In this document: positions 36,941-49,046 of the stretch, one piece after another
Layout of the letters: each line of letters begins with the position of its first letter
How positions within the stretch are numbered: the stretch's first letter is position 1
Assembly: GCA_026023565.1 (NCBI GenBank)
Contig: JAPETS010000044.1
Location: 1 to 64,000, forward strand
Source: Cirrosporium novae-zelandiae
Lineage: Eukaryota
Direction of reading: 5' to 3'
Length of the DNA: 64,000 nucleotides
Notes under the pieces: model-generated
What the model saw: the letters and a program-made list of their open reading frames with translations, nothing else
The model's database searches: none
What the model was told of the DNA's origin: nothing
Made by a program: the position numbers and the translations under genes

Positions 36941-39568
36941 ATGACCGAGGAAGTGGATAGGCGTTGGGAATCTTCCCCGTCGGCTACCGCTCGTCCCTAC
37001 AGGTCTCATCGAATCCCAGCCTGCGATTTTTGCCGTCATCGCAAAAGCCGATGTACTCAAGATGCTGCTCATGGGTCATGCATGCTCTGTATGCTTCATG
37101 GCGTAGAATGCTCAAGAGATGGTGTCCAGAGGAGCAGGACTAATCCCCCAGCATCCTCACCTAGAGGGAGAGCACCCAGACAACCCAAAAGACAGCGGAC
37201 TGCATCTCCGAACCGTCGTGATGTCGCCCCAATTATTGATATTTCAAGTCCCCATTCGGGACTAGAGGTAGTCAGACAAGCAAGCATACAGTCGGGAAGT
37301 GCGCATTCAGGTCCAGAGTCTCAGGCATTACCTCCTCAGTCAGCACACATAATTGGTCCAGCTATAGCACGCGACGTCCAGGTTCTAGAACGTTATATGT
37401 CTCCAAAGTACAATCTTGCCGAGTCTCATGTACGGCCTAATCCCTACAATGTTTATTCGGACGACCCCACGGACCCCGTCGTGTATATGAAGGTTCCCCG
37501 GCAACGGGTTGTTCTACCATCGGGAAACGGGTCTCCAGCCTTTAAACAGCTGGAGATTTTGGACAAGGTCTTCGAACCGCATTCTGAAGAGCTATTCAGT
37601 GTGTAAGTCTCCACAACTGGAGACTTCCAGCGTATGTCAAAATGCTGAACTACCTGTTAAAGCTATCTGGAGAGGATTCACCCCAGTTTTCCTGTCCTGG
37701 ACGTGAAGACGGCGAGCGAAGCGTATCGTCACAATGGACTCCCCAACGCTCTCGTGTGTGAAATTTATGCCGTCTCACTCATCTCCTGGAACACGTCCGC
37801 CAAGTTAGTAGCCTCAGGCCGCTCGCGACCCGATGTTCGCTTCATTTGGAATCTTACAGTGAGCGCTTTGCATGAAGACTTTCTAACACCGAGTCTTTCT
37901 ACTATTCTCGCGTCCATTCTGGACCTTATGGGAAGACCAATTACGTCCATTACCTATAATGCGGTTAACCTTGGTCGTACCGTCGCGCTCTCCCATAGCT
38001 TGGGATTGAATCGCAACCCGTCGACATGGAGACTCGATCAACGTCAGATAGGTCTTCGAATTCGAACGTGGTGGGCTATCTTGATTCATGACCGCTGGTA
38101 AGGGATCTTAGATCTTACCCCTTTAAATACACCATGTCCCAATGAAGAGTTTGACTCCTAACAAATAATTTCAGGGCAAGCCTTGCTCACGGAACACCCC
38201 CTCACATACACCGTGAACAATATGATGTCCCTCTTCCAGGTCTAGACATCTTGGTTGAAAAGCCCTCTGAAGACACCGTCGAGACTGGCTCACAAGACCG
38301 TCGTAGGGGAGCTCACTGCTTCATCGCTCTCTGCCAATTAACCGAGATCCTAGGAGAGGTTCTGCATCTAATGTACAACCTCCAGATACCAAACGGGACC
38401 GCTCGTTTGAAATCCATTAGGCGATTCGAAACCCACCTCGATGAATGGGAAGACTCCCTTCCCTCGTGGCTTAATCCCATCGAATCCGATTTCGACAGGC
38501 TAGCTCCCGGCGCGAGAAGCTTGCAGCTTTCTTTTTATGCCCTGAAGATGTGTCTTTCCAGAGCTGCTTTACATGTTAGTCATCTATTTGCCTCGTATTT
38601 AGCTACGATCTGTGTTTTTGACTTTATCTGGCGTTGTGCGCAAATAGGAGTTTACTCGATCAGGAGAAGCCGATGATATTGCCGCACGGCTATATCACCA
38701 ATCCAGGTGTCAGAAGGCGGCACGGGTCGTCGTAGATTTTGTCGTTTCGCTTCAAGCCGATGACCTGGATGTATTTTGGCTCCCTTGTAAGTCCCTACCC
38801 TCAATCCATCCCCCTCGTAATCTTGTAAAAAAATGGTCCCCCCTAACTAACCCCCCCATTTAAATAGACAGCGCCTACCACTTCACCTCTGCCACAACCC
38901 TAACCCTGCGCTGCGCACTCGAAGCCGAGAACGACGACACAGCCCGCGAGTGCATCACCAATGCCAAAGACCTCATCAACCGCCTTCGCTCCGCCAAAGA
39001 CAACCAGGGTTGGGATCTCGCTGAGATCTGCCTTGCGCAGTGCGAAGCCGTAGTCAATCAGATGTGGGATGGGGGCCTGCCTTCTAAGAAGTTAAATGGT
39101 TCTTCTTATCGCCAGAGCCAGAGCCAGAGCCGGCAGTTGGGGAATAGTGGCGGGAGGGGTAGTGTGGATGGGAATTTGAGAGAAGCGAGTTGTCATACCC
39201 ATGTTGTGAATGGCGGTAGTAATGGTAATTCTACCACCCGCCAAATGAGTTTCAGTCCAGATATCATCCACACCCATACCCGCCGACAACATCCTCATCC
39301 TCATCACCCCGAAGCCACACCAACACAACCAGCACCAGACGAAACCGTCCTCAGCATGATGAACGCCACAATCCCTCCTCCTAGTAACAACAACAACAAC
39401 AACACCAGTACTTTCGACATGACTGGTAGTAGTAATGATACTCGGTTATTTGGTGGTACCGCTGGAGCCAACAACAACAACAATAACAACAACAATATCG
39501 CCACTCTCAGCGAATCTTTTCCAAACTTATGGGATACATTTAGTTTAGATCGATATGGGACTTTTTAA
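36941..39568 (+). CDS. Zn(II)2Cys6 transcription factor with fungal-specific TF domain, multi-exon
   Basis: CDFCRHRKSRC...CMLCMLHGVEC; YLERIHPSFPVLD; SHSLGLNRNP...RIRTWWAILIHDRW; transcribed divergently from acdS. Confidence 0.92.
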
Positions 39569-39834
39569 TCGTCATGATGATGGATGGCGGTAGTGCAACT
39601 TAGATTTATCGATTCGATTCGATTTATTTTACATGATGATTATTTCGTTTTTATTATATCATACGCTTTGAGCGAATAGACATGGAACCAGAAGCTGGGG
39701 GGAAGGGCGAAGGGCTAGAGTAGATTTGATATACCTTTTACCTATACATTATCTCCCTATCTCTTTTTCCTCTCAATTAAAGAGAGACAAAACTAAAAAC
39801 TATAGTTGATTAAATTTATTTCTTTCCCCTAATC

Positions 39835-40094
39835 ACTCTCGTGATATTCTGGTGGCCTATTTCGGTTTACTTATATATACGTACGATTCTATCTCACCTC
39901 CAACTTCCTTTATTCCACTCCATTCCACCCCACCCCATTCCCCTCTACTCTATCCACAACCAATATTTAGAATAAACCAGACATCGACCAAACTAACCCC
40001 CATTTATACAGACCAAATAGATTTCAGGCAGTCATGATCCAGTCGATCTAAGGTCTATAGGCAATCTGTTTGGTCCAGCCTATTCATAACATTG
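39835..40094 (+). mobile_element. Degenerate 3' part of the hAT-like MITE family (copy C)
   Basis: ATTTATACAGACCAAATAGA...TCTAAGGTCTATAG...CTATTCATAACATTG aligns by eye with the right end of the 40347-40783 element; the left boundary is approximate. Confidence 0.65.
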
Positions 40095-40346
40095 GTCTGT
40101 CCCAAGTCGACCTTCACATACTACAACTGTTTGCTCAAAAGGGGTCCGCCACGCTTCCAAATTATAACCACCTCTCGATTCCACGAACTGCCTCTTGAAT
40201 ATAAGATGTAAATTCCTTTTTTACCCAACACAAATTGCACTATTGATTATCTTAACTGCTCTCTTCATCCTTTGCTGTTCTTACCAAGTCTCCTCCACCC
40301 TTGCTGCTGTCTGATCCAATTTCTCTCGCTTGCTAACAATCGACAC

Positions 40347-40783
40347 CAGTGTTGTCGATGGACCAGACCGACCAGACCGACCTAAAATATCGGTCTGGTC
40401 GGTCTATAGATCAGCGGTCATATAACACCCGGATAATATAACCCGCGCGGAACGGGCCCAAAATTTTTGAATCTCGATTCACTACACCATATCTTATTTC
40501 TACGTGATATTACGTGGAGATAAGGTTTTACTAATCTATACGAAATAAAATACCGAATTCCGACACCCCCAAATTTCCCTTTACAAACCCTAAAAATATA
40601 CCTCCTATTAATAATTCGTATTTATATAAACCAAATAGATCTTGGATAATCAAAGTCTGGTCGGTTTATTAAAAAGCTCGGTCTGATCGGTCTAGTCTAT
40701 TCAAAAATTTGGTCTGGTCGGTCTAAGGTCTATAGACCGTCTATGGTAGACCGTCTATTTAGTCTGGTCTATCGATAACACTG
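40347..40783 (+). mobile_element. Non-autonomous DNA transposon (MITE), hAT-like, copy A
   Basis: 22-bp TIRs CAGTGTTGTCGATGGACCAGAC / GTCTGGTCTATCGATAACACTG (2 mismatches); subterminal GGTCTGGTCGGTCT repeats; no ORF; no intact target-site duplication seen. Confidence 0.85.
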
Positions 40784-40827
40784 TTTGAACCACCACCACC
40801 CATTGTAAAAAATAGTTCATGGTAGGT

Positions 40828-42797
40828 TTAGTCTTTGATCTCCCTGGTGGAAGTAACAATGATATTTTGTTCCTCCTCCTCATCCTCTTCTTTAATCGTA
40901 CTAATGGCCTTCGTCGTCTGCCCCGTGTCTTTTTCCTTCGGTGAAACGTCTCCCTCATCTCTCTCCTGTCCTAGCTCGTGTACTTTGCCCCTCAGCTTCC
41001 TAGCAACATGATCCGTCATTAGATGCGCAATATCTTTGCTGAAAAGAGCTGCTACCAGTGCTAGGCCTCCAAACGCGATACTGGCCAAATAAACTGTTCG
41101 GAATGCTTGCGCGTATGCCGTCTTAACCGCCAGGTCGACGGCAGAAATAATCTGGGACGTGATTCCAGGGACGGAGGTCAAGGATGATGGTGAAGGTGTT
41201 CCTGCTGCTGCTGTGAGGGCTTTTAATAGGGTGGGGATCTCGGATCCGGGGAGGCCGGCGGATAGGGCCGCGGGGATTATGTTGGAAGGAATGGTGGTTC
41301 CCAAACGGTTTGTGAGGATGGACATGTAGATGGTGGTGGCAATGCAGCCGGAGACTTGGCGTAAGGAGCCGAGGAGTCCGCAAGCGAGGCCGATGTCACT
41401 GGGTGAGCAGACTAGACCGGCTATGACAATGGTGATGAATTCGAGGTAGCCGACGCCAAAGCAGGCGAGGATAGTGAATGCCAGGGCGAGAGGTTTCGTG
41501 TCTGCTGTTGCGGCTGCCATGCCGCCGACAAAAGAGGTATAAAGGAGGCAGCAGGCGATGAGTTGCCACTTTGCATGTCCGAGGCGCTTGAAAATTACTC
41601 CTGCCGTTACTCCGCCGGCTACAGTGGCAGCGGGGGGAGCGCAGGACAACCAGCCAATCTCGATGTTGTCGGTGCTGTAGAGGACTGCGATCTGCTGCGG
41701 CCAGAGGATTGCCGAGGAGTAGTATATCATTGCTCCGACGCACGCGCTGATTGTTATAGAGTTGTAGTTAGTGATTCTGAATAATTTCATTGGGATCAAG
41801 GGCTGTGGGAGTGTAACGCATGTCTCATAGAAAATGAGAGCGACCAAGGCGATGAAGCCTACGACAAGAGGCACGAGTACCGAACTAGAGGCCCATGGGT
41901 AGGCCGAGCCACCCCACGAAAGGCCAAGAAGTACGAGTGTCAAACCACCTGAATATAAAACTAGCCCAACGTAGTCGAGTTTTTTCAGTTCTGCTCGTTT
42001 GGAGGTGTTCGGGGTTAGCTGGTTGAAATTTGGTGGGAAGTAGAATAACCCAAAGAGAATAACAGAAATGCCGCAGGTTATGGCCTCGAGGTAGTAATAC
42101 CATCTCCAGCCTAGCTTTGTATTCGAGACCAACAATCGAGCAGCAGCAGGTCCCATTGACATGAGTGGAACCGTTGAGGCAAATAACCCAGCATTGGCAT
42201 AAGCCCTATCTCGATTTGGCACCAATTCCTGAACCACAAAAGTAAAAGTTAACTGCACTGCAGCGGCAATACCGATAATGACCGTGCCTGCGATTAGGAT
42301 ATTGATGGTATTTGCTGTTGCGCAGATTAGAGAACCAACAAAGCCTAGGATCTGGCCTCCAATCAAAAAATACCGACGGCCCAAGATGTCACCAAGGCGA
42401 CCGACGAGGGCAAGGCCAACGCCACTGGAAAGGGTAAAGGCGGTCGATATAAAGAGGTAGTTGGGACTGGGGCCTATTCGTGGTCCAGTGTCATCAAAAG
42501 CTAAAGCTAGATATAGGTAAATGGAACAAACCTATATCCTCATTTATGATGATAAAGGCATTCGCCTAGCAAATTTGGTCAATGAAAGCCCGTCGACGAT
42601 AACAGAAATCCCAAATAGCATACTGGAAGCATGAATCCAATATATAAGCTATTGGTAAGCAATATAATAGCAATATAGCTGCCGATGAATCTGGGAGAGC
42701 AGTAATAACCACTGGGAAGATCTTTCAGGTGGCCACCAACAGTGGTATTAGTAGTATCGTATACCTCGACTGTCGTTGTCAACTTTTCTGGATTCAT
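40828..42797 (-). CDS. MFS efflux pump, trichothecene efflux (TRI12)-like, 3 exons
   Basis: Exon 1 LPSGYYCSPRFIGSY; micro-exon ANAFIIINEDI; then GPSPNY...VGRLGDILGRRYF, ELVPNRDR, WRWYYY, YFPP, AYAQAFRTVYLASIAFG, MTDHVARKL. Confidence 0.9.
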
Positions 42798-44808
42798 GGT
42801 GTTTGGTATCTCGATAATGGTAGAGCCACCGGCGTGCTTTCACAAGCAGTGAGGAGATAGGCTAATAGGATTTAGTATTGAGATGGCGAGGGTAATAAAT
42901 AAACATATAAGTTCACCGAAAGATACTAGTGAATTGAACTGCAAATTTGAATATCAATGGTATTCAAGTCCCGCATATAATTGACAGAAGATAGCCATAA
43001 CCAGGTTTATATAAACATACAAGTACCTGAAAAAGCAATAATGCAAGGGTTATGAACAGAAGGGATGGATGGTAAGGTTGTTAGGTTTGCTCAAGGTTCT
43101 TACACTCGTTTAATTTCTAGGAATTTCTGAGCGAGGAATCAAGTTGGGAAAGAATAATCATCAAGAATTCAACGATTTTGTGAAGCCACATATATGATTG
43201 GCGAGTTACACACTGGTCTTGGACATATCTAGTTGATTATTGTAGGCGTTGAAGATCGGGTAGTATTTGGTGATGGGTCCTGCAGCTAGTCGCTCGTGAA
43301 ACGTGGGGATCCTTGGGTTTGGCTGGAAAGATCTGGAACAAACCTTGTATAAGATTGATTTTGTTCTATAGATTTGTTCCCTTCCATTCTCTTTGATGAC
43401 ATCGGCAGTGAACACCCGAAGGCTTACTGTGCCATTTTCGGAGCTTAAATCTTGATGTCGGCCCCTCGCTTGGCTGCCTTTCAATTATAAATTCCCCTGT
43501 TGATATTTCCTCGGTCTACCTGAGACATGGAAATGGTGCCTGTATGTTTGTTCTGCATCATGAGAGGCCATATGTGTAACTCCGAGGATTAATATTTGGT
43601 ATGGCTAGAAGAGGCATATGGCCATACTAGATAAACCTTAGATCCAGGCACATGAGCAGTTGGAAGTGATCAACAATGATATCCCATGGAGTTATAGAGT
43701 CCAGAATGGCCCATTGAACCTATTCCTTGTGGTCAGCAAAATTATAAAGTTGAAATAGAACGTATCGAGATTAGTCTAACCCATCTGTCCCCCCTCCTGA
43801 TGGATTATTCATATCGCACCCACGATTTAAACCTGGTTTAATATTCAGTCTGTGTCTCTAGGTTCGGGATGAATAATTAAAATATGTCTATGAAAGTAAA
43901 TTGTTGGTTGACGTGGATTCGGGCGATTGAAATTAAGAATTAAGGTTGTCTGTAGCGTTAAAAGCTAAATAACGCCGTCGTTTATGCGTTGTTTAGGTGT
44001 TTATTTGAATTATGAAGGATGTGGCAAATATCAGCCCTCAGCTTCGTTCCGACATGCCAAATACTCCCATCCGCCGTATTGGTTATATTGACTGCACGTT
44101 TCCTAAAAGGGTTACATCCTTCCTGATGATGGTTTATGGTTCTCCATCCAAATCTTTGCATAGCCGTGAAAGCTTGGTAAAAGCTCGTTTACTATTGACA
44201 TCAACGAGCCCCTCGGATAGTGGCTCACTTTTGTTGTTAATCTAAAATACCTCCGGGGATAGATACTTCACCTTTGTCTTATATTTCCGCATTGGGAGCT
44301 AATCTACAGTGCCTGGATAGCTTAGGGGATGCAAATCTCTTTTCCTTGATAATTTTATCCTTAGTTTTCCTTAATTAAGTCTAGAGATATCCAAGACTCT
44401 AATCAGCGAAAGTAATATTACGGTTATGCTGATCGTGTCTCTCTTGATAGCACTAGTACAGACACTACACAAGTATCATTGCAATATGACATTTTTCTTA
44501 TAGGTGGAGACTTTATTCAGTATGAGCCTATATGCCGGAAGTGGTTTCAGTAAATCTAACTTGAAGCAGTCGTTGACATCTTAATCGGATTGAATCAGCT
44601 GGTTGACTACGTTATTAGTATAGTTCCTACCAATGATTACCGGGCTAGTCTTTGAAGACATATCATTAGGAACCCATGATCTCTCGGGTTTAATGTCTGT
44701 AGATTTCTTCAAGCAGTCAGATAGAATCGAGATGTTATATATTGAAACCGAGCGGTGAGGTTGTAGATAACATTGATACTTTGGTGACGCGACAAGAATC
44801 TGCGAGGC

Positions 44809-45117
44809 CAGTATTGTCAAAAGACAGGACCAAATAGACAGTCTATAAACCTTAGACCGACTAGACCTTGACTGCTCAAATTCTATTTGGTATATATAAA
44901 TACGAATTATAAGGTGGGGGGCATATTTTTGTGGTGTTGAGGTTTTTGGGGAAATTTAAGGGCATCGGAGCTCGGCATTTTATTTCGTATAGATTACTGT
45001 AGTAGAGTCACGTGAATATAAGATAAGATGTGGTAAATCGAGGTTCGAACAAATTTTTTCGCGGGTTATATTATCCGAATGTCATGTGACCGACCGTCTA
45101 GTCTATTGACAACACTG
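44809..45117 (-). mobile_element. hAT-like MITE, copy B, inverted relative to copy A
   Basis: Ends CAGTATTGTCAA... and ...GTCTATTGACAACACTG. The reverse complement shares CGGATAATATAACCCGCG, AATCTATACGAAATAAAAT and ATAATTCGTATTTATATA with copy A. Confidence 0.85.
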
Positions 45118-45864
45118 CCCTACCCTCTGCTCTGTAGCCGTAGAGTAGCAAACCAAACCCCAGCATCGCACATCAATGGCGGGTAAATCGGTCCGGTCGG
45201 GGAAAAAATATAATAATTAGGTTTTTTCTTTCTACTTTCTTTGAAAGGGTAATTAGAAGCTATGGGAGTTTATATGCAAGATACCTAGGTAATTAATCAA
45301 TTAATCGATTGATTGATGGGGCTTTTAATAGAGTGATAATGCTGCTGCGCCACATGATATAGCAAGATAGGGGAACCTCGCTATCTACATTAATTAATTA
45401 GTGACAAGTGAGTGGCTTAGTTACCTAGCTCAGAGGTACGCAACGAGTCAAAGTCAAGGTTCCTCCTCGGTAAATTTTTTAACCACCTCCCCCCCCCAAT
45501 CGTCATTATGGCCTGTGTGTTGTGCTCCAAGCAACTACTCTCCTCCATGCCCCACATTGCATTACGTGGTTTAACACAACAAACCGGACTAGAGCTGGCT
45601 TAGGAACAGGTTCTAGTTCCATAAGGCTAGACTACATAACATGCTCAGGGTTGGAAAGTTGGAAGGGAGGGGATTGTTGGGTTTCTTTTGAAAACATACA
45701 TACATACGAAAAGAAACAGAAGAAAAAAAGAAAGAGTTGCGTTTGTTTGTTTATTTGATTGATCGATTTGAGATTCGAAACAAACCAAGAAGTATATATA
45801 AACATATACATACCCATCCTACCACATCATACGAACCCTCTCTCAGCCTATCCATCCATCCATC

Positions 45865-46581
45865 ATGGATAACGGCAGCGACCGCGGCCTCTTCGGCCAC
45901 GGCTACGGCTACGGCCAACAAGGCGGCCAGAAACAAAGCTTCCTCGAAAAGATGGCCCATAAAGTCGAACAGAAGATCGTCGGAGGACATCAAGGAGGCG
46001 CCATGTATAGTGGTGGTGGACAGTCCGGCTACGGAGGACAGCAGCCACAGCAAGGATATGGGGGACAGCAACCACAGCAGGGATATGGAGGGCAGCCACA
46101 ACAGGGATATGGAGGGCAGCCACAACAGGGATATGGAGGACAGCAACAAGGGTTTGGGGGACAACAGCAACATCCTGGTGGGGGAGGAGGATTCGGAGGG
46201 ATGGGTGGGGGACCCGGCGGTGGGGGTGGTGGGTTTGGGGGACACCATGGTGGTGGTGGTGGCGGGGGCTTTGGTGGGGGAGGATTTGGCGGTGGTGGTG
46301 GTGGACATCACGGCGGCGGGGGCGGCGGAGAAGGCTTCGGTGGCGGTGGACATCACGGTGGCGGCGGGGGCCCCGGAGGTGGATTTGGAGGAGGTCCCGG
46401 CGGGATGGGCGGTGGGGGCTTCGGTGGTGGTGGTGACCATCATGGTGGCGGAGGGTTTGGTGGTGGCCCTGGTGGTGGTGGTGGAGGCGGCGGTCCTGGA
46501 GGCGGGTTTGGTGGAGGTCCTGGTGGAGGTGGAGGTGGAGGTGGAGGTGGTCCCGGTGGTGGTGGCAGGGGTGGATGGTAG
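45865..46581 (+). CDS. Gly/Gln/His-rich low-complexity (prion-like) protein
   Basis: 238-aa ORF with four QPQQG[YF]GG repeats followed by GGFGGG/GHHGGG repeats; synonymous variation among Gly codons; TATA-like GTATATATAAA near 45792. Confidence 0.8.
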   Translation: MDNGSDRGLFGHGYGYGQQGGQKQSFLEKMAHKVEQKIVGGHQGGAMYSGGGQSGYGGQQPQQGYGGQQPQQGYGGQPQQGYGGQPQQGYGGQQQGFGGQQQHPGGGGGFGGMGGGPGGGGGGFGGHHGGGGGGGFGGGGFGGGGGGHHGGGGGGEGFGGGGHHGGGGGPGGGFGGGPGGMGGGGFGGGGDHHGGGGFGGGPGGGGGGGGPGGGFGGGPGGGGGGGGGGPGGGGRGGW

Positions 46582-48575
46582 CTCTAAGTTCTGAAAATCG
46601 TTATTCGTATTATTCGTGTTGTTGCTGTTGTTGTTGTTGTTGCTGGGTCGTCTTATCTCTTTATATATCTCTTACATTGGCCCGAAATACACGTATTTGA
46701 CGTCTGAATTTATCCTCATATGTTCTAGATATATACACGTATAAATTAAAAAAAGTCGTATTCTTAACATAAGCGGAATTCCGAAGTATATCGGGAATAC
46801 TAATAAAGCATTTCGTATTTCCCGCGAGTCTAGCTATCTAATTAACGTAACCCATCCTTAAAGTTGATCACTCCACCAAAAAATCTAACTTTTTATATTA
46901 TTCCCTTCACCAACTATTTTATTAATAATTATTGTAAAAGAGTTTTTAAATTTTCAAGCTATCTGAGGTATTTGTATCAGCCCTACGGCCTAGATAAGGC
47001 CTTAGGTTTAGCCCTTTTTTTTTTTTAGGCTAATCCTAAGTTCTTGTAGTTTTATATATATTTGTGATGGAGCAGCCTTTTTTTACATAACGCCTCTATA
47101 AGCATGTACCTACCTCCCTACCTATCCATCTATCTCAAAAGATAGGCTCTCGGGGGAAGAAATATCAAAACTTCAAACCAATAGCTATAAGGCCAAAATG
47201 ACATAAAATAAATAAATAAGCAAATATACACCGAATCAATTAACCCAATTAACCTCTGTGCTCAAGTGTGTAATCTTGTATGACTCATTCTAATAACGGA
47301 AAGTCTATTTGAAGGGTCTTATCCCCTGACTATGTAAGAGCAATCCTAAACACCCCGAGCCTTATGGAAGCAAGTCTTAAATAAACTTCCCCTGGAAGTA
47401 GAAATTTCCATGAAATTCCACACGATCGATTTGGGGAACCAATAGTCGAAGTAATTAAGGTGTCGCCGACGGCCTCGGTATCTTTTACCCTCAGATCCCG
47501 ATAAGCTTTCTTCTCCTTTAAGATTGATTACTTAATTCGGGTTATACTGTCGGCAGGCTATCGCTTACCGGTTTGGCAAGGTGAGGTTGATGAGATCTTG
47601 GAATATTCGGGTTTGGGGGACCTACTGATAGGGGGTCGTCGTGGTTAGATAGTATCTAGTTCGGGGATAGCTAGGTATACTCTTTGCTTTTATCGCAAAG
47701 TCATTGAGTGAGTCGATTGAGACCTGCCACTCGAAGATGAAGTTAAGTAAACATCGATCACGGTATGCTGCAGTCAAACCAAGGCTCTGAAAGTCTCTTA
47801 GGGATGGGATCTGGGACAGCGTCTTCTTCCAAATCCTTGGGCTACATACTTCATCAACGTTTCCTCTCGAGAAGGCCATATTCGATGGGGGTGGAATCAT
47901 GTCCATACGAATATGAGCAAAGCTGCTCTCTCAACATGCTCATATAAATAGAAGCCAAACCTCTTCGGAAACCTTAAATATGCAGCCATAACTGTGCTGT
48001 ATATAAGATAGTGTCATCATAACTGATGCTGTGACATATAATGGAGCGAAAGTCTGGGCCAATATCTCTTTTTTCTGAATCACTGGTTTTGTAAACCATG
48101 GTACTTATCTTGGTCCTGCAACAAGACTGTACCTTCTACCAATACTCAAATATCAAGTCAACTGATTCGTTCCTTAAACATCTCAACGTTGTCCTATCTC
48201 ACTTTCCCACCAGGTTAAGAGAACATACCTTCATTCAATACAATGAAATTGCGGAATTTCCTTAAACACCCCTTTTGTTCAGCATGTTGAGATTTGCTCG
48301 AACTATCTCATATGTCCTCGCCTCTCAATATGGAGTGCTTCGTATTGGCCTTTTCGCCAATGATATTACTTCTCTGGTCCCACTAAACAGCCTAAACAAG
48401 GATCGGAAGCCAGTACTTCAGGAGGACTCACAAATTTGATTGCTTAGATATTGATGACTTTACAATTTTCCAGAATAATTATAAGAATGATATATGACAT
48501 TTTAATAGTAGTTTATCAATCTACCTTCGTTACATATAATTATTCATTATTGTGTTGTGGTTCAATCCTTTATAT

Positions 48576-48684
48576 CAGGGTTGTCGGAACATAGATTATG
48601 AATGTCACGTGGAGATGAAAATAAAATATAGTGAAACGAGGTTTAAAAACATTTTCGTATTCCGCTCGCGTTATATTATCCATT
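48576..48684 (-). mobile_element. Short eroded fragment of the same MITE family (copy D)
   Basis: TIR-like CAGGGTTGTCG, then GTCACGTG...CGAGGTT...CGCGTTATATTATCC resembling 45007-45077 of copy B. Confidence 0.55.
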
Positions 48685-48833
48685 CTTTAATTGATTGATG
48701 TACTTAGGAATCCTTCGGGGCCTGTCTAAGCAACATAAGGATGGCTTTCCTAGTTAAAATCAAATAAATGTTGAGGTATTGAGGCATCAAGGCATCGGGG
48801 ACGGGATTAAGGGACGGGAATTAAACCACGGAC

Positions 48834-48867
48834 ACGGACACGGAGAATATCGAATCTCCGTGTCCGT
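48834..48867. promoter_or_regulatory. Perfect 13-bp inverted repeat with CGG triplets upstream of a Zn2Cys6 gene
   Basis: ACGGACACGGAGA-N8-TCTCCGTGTCCGT. Confidence 0.5.
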
Positions 48868-49046
48868 TCATCTCCCTTAACTTTGCTGCCTTGTCGCAAT
48901 TCTTTTATTCCTTAGTTTCTATTAATTAATTAATTCCTTTGGTAATCAAGTCATTAAGGAAAATAGACTGGATCTCAGATTGATTTGTATTTATACAGCC
49001 ATCTATCAATCACGGGGAACGGAGCAAATGTTAAATAGTAATAATC

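Noticed and set aside
40339..45125. 8-bp target-site duplications for MITE copies A, B or the composite unit
   Set aside because: The flanks ATCGACAC/TTTGAACC and TGCGAGGC/CCCTACCC do not match, so recent transposition is not supported.
45865..46160. 24-27 nt tandem repeats as a CRISPR-like array
   Set aside because: They are coding repeats with no unique spacers, in a eukaryotic context with no cas genes.
45737..46594. Long alternative-frame and antisense ORFs (285 aa, 230 aa) over the Gly-rich gene
   Set aside because: Expected by-product of GGN-repeat coding, which lacks stops in other frames.
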